A stretch of DNA of 64,000 nucleotides from an uncultured Clostridia bacterium. Its GTDB lineage: Bacteria; Bacillota; Clostridia; Christensenellales; CAG-138. Under the pieces are notes generated by a model. The model was given only the letters and a program-made list of their open reading frames with translations, was not told where the DNA came from and ran no database searches. Below are positions 28,738-36,715 of the stretch, piece by piece. Location of the stretch: contig CAMVNO010000003.1 in the NCBI GenBank assembly GCA_947168855.1, positions 155,474-219,473 on the forward strand. Reading direction: 5' to 3'. A program made the translations under genes and the position numbers. Position 1 is the first letter of the stretch, and the number at the start of each line of letters is the position of its first letter.

Positions 28738-29664
28738 ATGCAGTTTTTCGCGGCTGACGCGCATTGCGATTATCTGTTCGGCGCGATGGATTACGGCTGG
28801 ACGATCGACACACAGAAGCGGAACCAGACGATCACGCTGCAGAACCTGCAAAAAGGCGGGGTAGCGCTGCAGTTTCTGGCGGCGTGGGCGGACACGAAGC
28901 TCAAGGTTCCGCCGCTCGAGCAGGTGCTGATCATGATCGACCGGTACTACGCAATTCACGAAACGCATCCGGAATTTGTGCCGCTCACAAAGGAGTTCGA
29001 TCCGCGCTCCGGCAAGATCGCCACGGTGCTCGCCGTGGAGGGCGCGGAAGCCTTAGGCGCGTCGCCGTCGATCCTTCGGGATCTGTATCGGCTCGGCGTG
29101 CGCGCGATGACCTTCACCTGGAACTCGGACAATGAGCTTGCGGGCGCGGGACAGGGCAAAAAACGCCGCGGGCTGTCCGCGGCGGGGCGCGAGATCCTTC
29201 AGGAAATGAACCGGCTCGGGATCGCGTTCGACGTGTCGCATCTTTCCGACAAAGGCATTGAGGATGCTTTGGCACTTTCCGCGCAGCCGATCTTTGCGTC
29301 GCATTCGAACTGCCGCGCGCTCCAAAATGCGCCGCGCTGCCTCGAAGATGACTACATCCGCGCGATCGCGAGGAAGGGCGGCGTCGTCGGGATCAATTTC
29401 TACGGTCCGCAGCTTACGGAATCCGGGCATGCCATGATCAGGGACATCGTGCGGCATATCTCGCATGCGATTTCGATCGGCGGCGTCGAGCACGTCTGCA
29501 TCGGTTCGGATTTCGACGGTATGCAGCAGTATCCGAAGGACCTCAAAAACCCGTCCGATCTGCCCGCGCTGTTTGACGCGCTTCTTGCGGAGGGCTTTAC
29601 CCCCGCCGAGGTCGAGCGCATCGCGTACCGCAATCTGCACGACTATATCGTGCAATTCGTATAA
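28738..29664 (+). CDS. Membrane dipeptidase (peptidase M19)
   Basis: Carries DAHCDYL, ...FTWNSDNE... and ...DVSHLSD...GSDFDG, which are M19 zinc-ligand motifs. Confidence 0.88.
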   Translation: MQFFAADAHCDYLFGAMDYGWTIDTQKRNQTITLQNLQKGGVALQFLAAWADTKLKVPPLEQVLIMIDRYYAIHETHPEFVPLTKEFDPRSGKIATVLAVEGAEALGASPSILRDLYRLGVRAMTFTWNSDNELAGAGQGKKRRGLSAAGREILQEMNRLGIAFDVSHLSDKGIEDALALSAQPIFASHSNCRALQNAPRCLEDDYIRAIARKGGVVGINFYGPQLTESGHAMIRDIVRHISHAISIGGVEHVCIGSDFDGMQQYPKDLKNPSDLPALFDALLAEGFTPAEVERIAYRNLHDYIVQFV

Positions 29665-29669
29665 GACAC

Positions 29670-29707
29670 AAAAACGCCCTGCACCGTTCTGATGCAGGGC
29701 GTTTTTT
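29670..29707. terminator. Bidirectional terminator closing the phosphonate operon and the dipeptidase gene
   Basis: aaaaacgccctgca-ccgttctga-tgcagggcgtttttt. Confidence 0.8.
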
Positions 29708-29711
29708 CTTT

Positions 29712-30224
29712 TCAGTTGTTTTTCGGAGCGGCGGAACGGACGAGTCTGCCGAGGATCGTCTCCGGACGAACGACGCCTACCTGCGGATAGCGGCTGTCCT
29801 TGCTCTCGGCAATGTTGTCGCCGATCACGATATACTCTCCGTCCGCAAGCGTGATCTCGCGGTCCAGAAGACCGGCGAATCCGAATGCGCCTTCCCGATA
29901 AAGGGGCGTCGGCGTTCCGTTGACAAGAAGCGTTCCGTCCGCGATCACGACCGTATCCCCGGGACCTGCCGCGATCCGCTTGATCAGCACGGTATCGAAT
30001 CCCTCGCAGCGGAAAGCGATCACATCGCCTGTGCGGTACTCCTGCACGCACTTCTCCAGCAGAACGAGCTGCAGAGGATGGTACGTCGGCATCATGGATT
30101 TGCCCCGGATCAGGACGAACTGATACCAGTATGCGGAGACATACCAGCAGAGACAAACGATCAACAGGATCGCCGCAAGCAGCGGGATCGCTTTTTTCCA
30201 ATTGATTTTGCGCGGATCCTTCAA
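29712..30224 (-). CDS. lepB: Signal peptidase I (S26)
   Basis: N-terminal TM, GKSMMPTY (catalytic Ser box) and GDNIAESKDSR box. It is the last gene of the operon. Confidence 0.85.
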   Translation of the reverse strand: MKDPRKINWKKAIPLLAAILLIVCLCWYVSAYWYQFVLIRGKSMMPTYHPLQLVLLEKCVQEYRTGDVIAFRCEGFDTVLIKRIAAGPGDTVVIADGTLLVNGTPTPLYREGAFGFAGLLDREITLADGEYIVIGDNIAESKDSRYPQVGVVRPETILGRLVRSAAPKNN

Positions 30225-30228
30225 GGCG

Positions 30229-31353
30229 TTATGACAGCGTTCCGAGGTACGCCATGAAATTCTGCTTGTTCTCCAAAGCGGTGGTCGTCGGTCTTCCGAG
30301 GTTCTCGCGCGCGCCGATGGAGCACTTGACCTCGATCAGGCTCAGCGCATTTCTCCGCTTCGCCGCCTCCAGCTCGGAATCCAGCGCTTCAACACTGTCC
30401 ACGCATACGGCGTACGGGTATCCGCATGCCTTGGCGACGCCGACCAGATCGATCTGTCCGGCAACGGTCGGCATGCCTCCGACCGTTTCATGCGCGCCGT
30501 TGTTGATCACGACATGAATGAGATTCTTCGGCTTGTTTGCGCCCAGAACCGCCATGGAGCCCATGTGCATCAACACGGCGCCGTCGCCGTCGATGCACCA
30601 GATCCGCTGATCCGGCTTGTTGACGGCTACGCCCAACGCGATGGAGCTGCTGTGCCCCATCGAGCCGACGGTCAGGAAATCGTATTTATGGCTCTGCCCG
30701 TTCGAAACGCGGGTCTCAAACAGCTCGCGGGACGCTTTTCCCGTGGTGCTGATGATCGGGTCCTCGCCGCTCGCCTTTACAATGTGCTGAATGATCTCCT
30801 CCCGCAGCATGGGGTGATCGTTTTTGTACGTGACCTTTCCGTCATACGTCAGGGCATTCTTTCTGACGACGAACGCGACGTCCTTTCCTTCAAGAAGAAT
30901 CGCGCGGAAACGGTCCATGGCAGCGGAGAGCGCCTCTTCGGTCGTTTCCTTGTCGATGATGAAGGTGCGGACGTCCATATCCTCCAGAAGTTTTACCGTG
31001 ACCTCGCCCTGATAGATGTGCTGGGGCTCGTCGTGAACGCCCGGCTCACCGCGCCAGCCGACGATAAAGATCATCGGGATGGCGTAGACCTTGTCGCTGA
31101 GAAGGCTTGCGAGCGGATTGATGATGTTGCCCTCGCCGCTGTTCTGCATGTAGACAACGGGGACCTTTCCGGTTGCGAGATGATACCCCGCGGCGAGCGC
31201 CGCGCAGTTGCCTTCGTTTGCGGCGATGACATGATGCCGGGGATCGATCCCGTACGTTGCCATCAGGCAGTTGCAGAGCGCTTTCAGCTGGCTGTCCGGA
31301 ACGCCGGTATAGAAATCGGCGCCGATGATGTTCATGAGACTTTCAACTTTCAT
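30229..31353 (-). CDS. ppd: Phosphonopyruvate decarboxylase (TPP-dependent)
   Basis: 374 aa with ..ADFYTGVPDSQLK.. and the TPP-binding motif CIDGDGAVLMHMG..NNGAHETVGG. This is the size and architecture of AepY/Ppd. Confidence 0.88.
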   Translation of the reverse strand: MKVESLMNIIGADFYTGVPDSQLKALCNCLMATYGIDPRHHVIAANEGNCAALAAGYHLATGKVPVVYMQNSGEGNIINPLASLLSDKVYAIPMIFIVGWRGEPGVHDEPQHIYQGEVTVKLLEDMDVRTFIIDKETTEEALSAAMDRFRAILLEGKDVAFVVRKNALTYDGKVTYKNDHPMLREEIIQHIVKASGEDPIISTTGKASRELFETRVSNGQSHKYDFLTVGSMGHSSSIALGVAVNKPDQRIWCIDGDGAVLMHMGSMAVLGANKPKNLIHVVINNGAHETVGGMPTVAGQIDLVGVAKACGYPYAVCVDSVEALDSELEAAKRRNALSLIEVKCSIGARENLGRPTTTALENKQNFMAYLGTLS

Positions 31354-31357
31354 GTTC

Positions 31358-32455
31358 TTACCTCAGAATGGAATGATAAAGCGTATCGATGTCTTCCTCG
31401 CTGAGCCGGATCGGGTAATTCTTCAGCCTGACCGGATTCACCGAGCCGCAAAGGATCGCGTAGTCTTCCGGCGCCGCCTGCGGAACGGGCAGGGCGAGCT
31501 TATCAAAGAGCGCGTTCAGCTTGTCCGCGGCTGCTTCCGGGCAATCGCAACCCATCGCAAGCGCGATCTTTTGAAGCGCGTCCGTAAGATACTGTTTGCC
31601 CCGCGGATCAATGCAGGCGTCCGTATGCCGGATCGTCCACGGGAGCAGCACCCGGTTGCACAGAAACGCGGCGTGCCCGTGCGCGCAGCCGTACAGGCTG
31701 GTCAGCTTGTAGCACATGGCGTGCCCGGCTGTCGTCTGCGTGATGTTGATCGCCTTGCCGGCGGTGTTGGCGGCAAGAAGCATGTTCCTGCGTCCCTCTT
31801 CCGTATTCGCAAGGTAACCGTCCATATGGGCGAGGATCGTGCGGATCGCGTCAAAGCTGTAGGTCTGGCTCTCCTCGGTGCTGTTCACCGACCAGAGGGA
31901 TTCCATGGCGTGGCAGAAAGCGTCCATCATGGTGGATTTTTTCTGGTATTCCGGCAGCGTCTTCAGAAGACCGCTGTCCAGAAAGACGGCAGCGGGAATA
32001 CAGCTGAGATCCGCAACGGACTGCTTGACGCCCTGATAATAGATGACCGCAAAGCGCGTTGCTTCCGAACCGGTTCCCGCCGTGGTGGGGACGGCAAGGA
32101 AGGGGATGTCGTTCGGAACGATCGTCTGCTCGAGATAGTTCCGCTCGGGATCCATGTCGGAGTACAGCTTGATGCACTTTGCCACGTCCATCGCAGACCC
32201 GCCGCCGACCGCAACGATGGCGCTGCATCCCTCGGCGTGAAATCTCCGAACGCCGTCGACCACGGATTCATACTGCGGATTCGGCGTAAAGTCCGTAAAG
32301 AGGCTGACGCCGATCCGCGGTCCGAGCGTGAGAAAATGGCGGACGATGTCGTGCTGCTCCAGAAATTTGTCGCAAACAAGCATCAGCTTTGCTGCGCCGG
32401 AGCTTAAAAGCCAATCGTCAAGCCCCGCGTAATCGGTGATGATTCTCTGGTCCAT
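31358..32455 (-). CDS. Group III iron-containing alcohol dehydrogenase, probable phosphonoacetaldehyde reductase
   Basis: Fe-ADH motifs GGGSAMDVAK and PTTAGTGSE, plus His-rich metal site residues (HAMES.., AHGHA). It sits between ppm and ppd. Confidence 0.7.
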   Translation of the reverse strand: MDQRIITDYAGLDDWLLSSGAAKLMLVCDKFLEQHDIVRHFLTLGPRIGVSLFTDFTPNPQYESVVDGVRRFHAEGCSAIVAVGGGSAMDVAKCIKLYSDMDPERNYLEQTIVPNDIPFLAVPTTAGTGSEATRFAVIYYQGVKQSVADLSCIPAAVFLDSGLLKTLPEYQKKSTMMDAFCHAMESLWSVNSTEESQTYSFDAIRTILAHMDGYLANTEEGRRNMLLAANTAGKAINITQTTAGHAMCYKLTSLYGCAHGHAAFLCNRVLLPWTIRHTDACIDPRGKQYLTDALQKIALAMGCDCPEAAADKLNALFDKLALPVPQAAPEDYAILCGSVNPVRLKNYPIRLSEEDIDTLYHSILR

Positions 32456-32461
32456 GGGGGC

Positions 32462-34471
32462 TTACATCTCCTCCGGAATCAGGCGAATAATCTCCTTGAA
32501 CGGCATGAGAATGCTGTCGCATTCCTCCGCCCTGTGGTTTTCGAGGATCATTCGGGCGGCCTTCTGGATGGCGGGCACCTGCGCGCGCATCAGCTGATTG
32601 GCGTAGATGATGATGTTTGCGCCGATTTCTTTCCATTCCTCTTCGCGGACCGAGTTGAAGCTGGTCGGCACCAGTACGATCGGCGTGGTTTTGTTTTCCG
32701 CGCGGAATTTGCGGATGAATTCGATGATTTCGGACGGATCCTTTTTCCGGCTGTGGATCATGATGGCGTCGGCGCCGGCTTCGACAAAGGCGAAGGCGCG
32801 GGTCAGCGCATCCTCCATGCCGCGCTCCAGGATCAGGCTTTCGATTCTGGCGCAGATCATGAACTCTTTGGTTCGCTGTGCTTTCTTGGCGGCGCGGATC
32901 TTCTCGCTGAAATGCTCAATGCTGTCCTGCGTCTGCACGACCTCCGTACCGAAAAGCGAGTTCTTCTTGAGACCGGTCTTGTCCTCGATGATGACCATGC
33001 TGACGCCGAGCCGCTCCAGGGAACGGACGGTATACACGAAATGCTCCGTTTTTCCGCCGGTATCGCCGTCGAAGATGATCGGCTTTGTCGTGACTTCCGT
33101 AATGTCCTCGATGGTGCGGAAGCGGGAGGTCATGTCCACAAGCTCGATATCCGGCTTGCCTTTTGCCGTGCTGTCGCACAGGGAGGAGATCCACATGGCG
33201 TCGAATTGATGCGCGCCGCCGTCCTGATAGGAGATCGTGTTCTCAACGACGAGTCCGGTGAGACCGTCATGCGCTTCCATAGCCGTGATCAGTCCCTTTG
33301 CATCCAGCATTCTTCTGAGCCTTCCGCGGCGGACGTCCGGCATGGACAGGTTTGCGCGCGTACGGTTCTCCAGCTCCTCAAAACGGTCGTCCTTCGAATA
33401 CGGATACTCGACCAGCTTTCCGCCGTAGGACGCCAGAACAGCCGCAGCCTCGTCTCTCACCGGCTTCTGGAATCCGGTGCACCAGTCGTCGCCGTGCACC
33501 AGGATCGCCGGGTGATACGTTTCCAGATTCTCCCGATAGGACAGCGTTTTCTGTTCCACGACCTTGTATACGCCCGCAATGCTTTCCAGCATGGTTTTCC
33601 GGTCGGCATAGCCGACGAGCGGGAAGCGCTTGTAGGAAGCGACCGCCTCGTCGGAAAGAACGCCGATCATCAGACGGCCGAGCCGCTGCGCCTTCTTGAT
33701 GATGGCGATATGCCCGCCGTGCAGGATGTCGGTGGAGAAGCACATATAGACCAGGCGATCTTCCACCTCTTTGAGCTTGGCGGAAACAACGGCAAGATCT
33801 TCCTGATTGTCGATCTCCGCGCAGAGCAGATTCTGCACGTCCAGCGCCGCAATATCCGCGCGGCCTTCCAGCACGTTCAGCGCGTTTTCCGCATAGACCT
33901 TGTCGTTTCCGCTTTCGCAGAAGGCGGAGATCTGATCCAGCCAGAGCATCCAGCTTTCCCTGGTCAGCTTATACAGCGCCTGCGCCGCCATCGCGTCGTT
34001 ATACACGTCGACGCCGACCCGCAGGACCTTGCCGCCGCACACCTGCGCCTTGAAATCCTTTTCGGGAAGGGGCAGGGTGGAGGAGACCGTCATGCAGGAG
34101 CCGGGGAACGCCATGACCTGATCCAGCACCTCGTTTTCGAAAACAAGGTCTCCGTGCAGAAGCAGGATATCGTCCTCGAGATACGCTTTTGCACAGTAGA
34201 TGCTGTAGATATAGTTGGTCTCCGCGTAGCGCGGATTCTTGACGAAGGTATAGTGGAGCGGCAGTCCGAGGCTGAGACAGTAGTTCACAAGAACCGTGTC
34301 GAACAAACCGGTGGTCATAACGACCTCTTCGATCCCCGCTTCCGCCAGCTGGCGAAGCTGACGCGACAGGATCGTTTCCTTCGGATTCAGTTCCGTCATG
34401 CATTTCGGATGTTCGGAGGTCAGCGCGCCCATGCGGGAGCCGAGGCCGGAATTCAGAATAAGAGCTTTCAT
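32462..34471 (-). CDS. Tri-domain LicC-like nucleotidyltransferase / HIGH-motif cytidylyltransferase / phosphoenolpyruvate mutase
   Basis: The N-terminal domain has LILNSGLGSRMG. The middle domain has CFSTDILHGGH (HxGH). The C-terminal domain carries the PepM-diagnostic EDK-X5-NS (EDKTGLKKNS, nt 32957-32986). I prefer the start at 34471 (GAGGA upstream). The track ORF extends to 34495. Confidence 0.9.
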   Translation of the reverse strand: MKALILNSGLGSRMGALTSEHPKCMTELNPKETILSRQLRQLAEAGIEEVVMTTGLFDTVLVNYCLSLGLPLHYTFVKNPRYAETNYIYSIYCAKAYLEDDILLLHGDLVFENEVLDQVMAFPGSCMTVSSTLPLPEKDFKAQVCGGKVLRVGVDVYNDAMAAQALYKLTRESWMLWLDQISAFCESGNDKVYAENALNVLEGRADIAALDVQNLLCAEIDNQEDLAVVSAKLKEVEDRLVYMCFSTDILHGGHIAIIKKAQRLGRLMIGVLSDEAVASYKRFPLVGYADRKTMLESIAGVYKVVEQKTLSYRENLETYHPAILVHGDDWCTGFQKPVRDEAAAVLASYGGKLVEYPYSKDDRFEELENRTRANLSMPDVRRGRLRRMLDAKGLITAMEAHDGLTGLVVENTISYQDGGAHQFDAMWISSLCDSTAKGKPDIELVDMTSRFRTIEDITEVTTKPIIFDGDTGGKTEHFVYTVRSLERLGVSMVIIEDKTGLKKNSLFGTEVVQTQDSIEHFSEKIRAAKKAQRTKEFMICARIESLILERGMEDALTRAFAFVEAGADAIMIHSRKKDPSEIIEFIRKFRAENKTTPIVLVPTSFNSVREEEWKEIGANIIIYANQLMRAQVPAIQKAARMILENHRAEECDSILMPFKEIIRLIPEEM

Positions 34472-34491
34472 TGCATTCCTCACAAGAACCG

Positions 34492-34794
34492 TCAATCGTT
34501 GTTCTCTTCCGGAGCCGTTTCCGTCGTGACCGTTGCCGTTGCTTCCGGAGCCGCTTCGATCTCGTCGCTTTCAACCTCTTTGTTGCGATTCTCGTCGATT
34601 TTGAGCTTCTTCTTTGCTCTGCGGAAATAGATGCCGATCACGGCGCCGACGGCGATCACCAAGCCGGAGATGGCGGTGATCAGGGCGCCGCCGACGGACG
34701 GGTCGATATACGCCGAACCGTCGATGCCGAAGAAGAGCATTGCGCAGAACGCGACCGCTGCGCAGAGAGCCAGATGTTTGAACAGTTTTTTCAT
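34492..34794 (-). CDS. Small membrane protein with an acidic C-terminal tail (100 aa)
   Basis: Starts MKKLFKHLALCAAVAFCAMLFF (signal peptide or TM), followed by AYIDPSVGGALITAISGLVIAVGAVIGIYF (TM), a KKKLK segment and an acidic tail. It is tightly packed between operon genes. Confidence 0.5.
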   Translation of the reverse strand: MKKLFKHLALCAAVAFCAMLFFGIDGSAYIDPSVGGALITAISGLVIAVGAVIGIYFRRAKKKLKIDENRNKEVESDEIEAAPEATATVTTETAPEENND

Positions 34795-34798
34795 GGTT

Positions 34799-36676
34799 TT
34801 ATTTCTCCTTTTTTTCTGCAATTTTATTCCGGATTGCCTGGAAAATATAGTTTCCGCCGACCTCGGCGGCATGGTCCAAGTGATAAAGGTATTCATGCGC
34901 AAGCGCATTGATCTGTTCCCGATACACGTCCTTTTTCGCAAGAAGATCCGCAACCGCTTCCGCCGTTCTGTCGAGCTGATCCGGATCGATGCTGACGCCG
35001 AGCTTGTCCCGGAGGCTGAGATTGATGGATTCGGTCTTGATCTCTTCGTAATCGGGGTTCATGACCTTCATGGGCGTGTTGATAAACAGGACGGGGCGCA
35101 GCGTGGTAAACGCGTATTCCCAGCTGATGCCGGACCAGTCGGTAATCAGCAGATCCGCCTCCATGACGGGATTGTCGGAGGTGAAATCCGTCTGGATCAT
35201 GATGCCGCTGCCCTCATATTTGGCTTTCAGCGCGTTCATATACTCGCGCTTCAGGCGCACCTCCTGCGGATGCGGACGCACGACCACATCATACCCGTGT
35301 CCGGTCAGCTGGTCCAGCAGTGTTTCGAGACAGCTGTCGATGAGATTGTCCTTCTGCCAGGAGGGCGCGATCAGGATCTTGGGCTTTGCATGCGCCTCGT
35401 GCGCCGCGGACCGGAACTCCGCACGCAGAGCGTCGATCAGCGGGTAGCCGACCTCGACGAGCGTGCGCGGCTTCAGCTGATAGACGCGCTCGAACTCCAG
35501 CTCTTCCGCCTTCTGATGCTTGCCGGCAAGGAAGATCGTGTCAAAATGATCGGTGCAGCCCTTGCGCATCAGCATGGCGTGATTGTTCATGTCGTGCTGC
35601 ACAAAGATGTATTCGACGTCGTCCCGGATATAGCTCTTTTTGATATGGTAGTTGTTGAGATCCGGCATCGTCATCATGACCACGTCGGCGTCCATCTTCA
35701 TCATCAGCGTGATCAGACGGTTTTCGCCGATATAGTAGGCGCGGATGCGCGGGTTCTGCTCTGCCGTTTCAAAGATGCGGTCGTTTGGATCGCTGGTGAC
35801 GTAGTGGACCGTCAGATTCGTTTTTGCGAGGATGTACTCGATGTAATCCTTGAAATACTTGTAGAACCCGCTGCGCTCGGAATACACGACGAGATGCTTG
35901 TTTACGACGGAGAAGAAGCGCTTGTAGTCCGCCTTTTCTCTCTGCTTGTCCTCACGGGAGACTTTGCTCTTCAGCCCGTCCAGCTCCGCCAGCTCTTTTT
36001 TGCTCGCCGCCAGCTCTTCGTAGTCCACGTATTTCTTCGGCGGCATCATGACGTTCAAAAGAAGCTGCTGGAGGATCGTGAAGAGATTGCTTGCGATCCA
36101 GTATAAGCCGACGCCCAACGGTACGAACGCACCGAGGAAAAGCGAGATCGCGATGGATACGCCGCTCGTCAGCCATTGATTCGCCTTGGACTGTTCGCGC
36201 TGCAGGGGGTTCAGCTCGTTCTGCGCGAGACCGAGGATCAGCGCCGAAAGCCCCGCAGCCAACGGCATCAGAAGGCTGATCCCGCCCTTTTCAAAGGGGG
36301 TCACGGCAAGCACGCTGTCGCTTCCTTCAAGCCACGATCTGACGGCGCCGATGACGCCGAGCAACAGAATGACCTGAATAAACAGCGGCAGGGTCCCCAG
36401 AAGAGGCCTGTAACCGTTTTGTTTATAGATGGTCCGCGTTTCCTCGCCGATGGCGTCCTTGTCCCCGTAGTATTTGACCTTCATGCGGTTGAGGGCGGGC
36501 ATGATGGAGACCATCTTGAGACTGTTTTTGTTTGTCCACAGGCTGACCGGAAACACGATCACCTTGGTCAAAAGCGTAAAGAGCAGGATGGCGACGGTAT
36601 AATTCCCCACCCATTGATAGCACAGCCGCATCAGTACGGCAAATACGTTTCCGATGGCTGTCATGACTGCCTGCAT
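34799..36676 (-). CDS. Fusion of a YidC/Oxa1-family insertase domain and a CDP-glycerol glycerophosphotransferase (TagB/TagF)-like domain
   Basis: Residues 1-212 carry GNYTVAILLFTLLTKVIVFPV...LPLFIQVILL...GVGLYWIASNLFTILQQ (YidC hallmarks). Residues ~255-625 carry VVVRPHPQE and LLITDWSGISWEYAF (TagF-family HP and TDYSS-like motifs). It is a single uninterrupted ORF. Confidence 0.8.
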   Translation of the reverse strand: MQAVMTAIGNVFAVLMRLCYQWVGNYTVAILLFTLLTKVIVFPVSLWTNKNSLKMVSIMPALNRMKVKYYGDKDAIGEETRTIYKQNGYRPLLGTLPLFIQVILLLGVIGAVRSWLEGSDSVLAVTPFEKGGISLLMPLAAGLSALILGLAQNELNPLQREQSKANQWLTSGVSIAISLFLGAFVPLGVGLYWIASNLFTILQQLLLNVMMPPKKYVDYEELAASKKELAELDGLKSKVSREDKQREKADYKRFFSVVNKHLVVYSERSGFYKYFKDYIEYILAKTNLTVHYVTSDPNDRIFETAEQNPRIRAYYIGENRLITLMMKMDADVVMMTMPDLNNYHIKKSYIRDDVEYIFVQHDMNNHAMLMRKGCTDHFDTIFLAGKHQKAEELEFERVYQLKPRTLVEVGYPLIDALRAEFRSAAHEAHAKPKILIAPSWQKDNLIDSCLETLLDQLTGHGYDVVVRPHPQEVRLKREYMNALKAKYEGSGIMIQTDFTSDNPVMEADLLITDWSGISWEYAFTTLRPVLFINTPMKVMNPDYEEIKTESINLSLRDKLGVSIDPDQLDRTAEAVADLLAKKDVYREQINALAHEYLYHLDHAAEVGGNYIFQAIRNKIAEKKEK

Positions 36677-36715
36677 AGGCGATGATACCTCCCGATATGA
36701 TACGTTCTCAAAGGA

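Noticed and set aside
32534-34630. 698-aa plus-strand ORF antisense to the Ppm fusion. Also 34631-36106 (+), 37040-38050 (+) and 30490-31404 / 31325-32407 (+), which are antisense to other operon genes.
   Set aside because: The minus-strand proteins carry diagnostic motifs (EDK-X5-NS, HxGH, YidC helices, TPP and Fe-ADH motifs). The plus-strand products do not.
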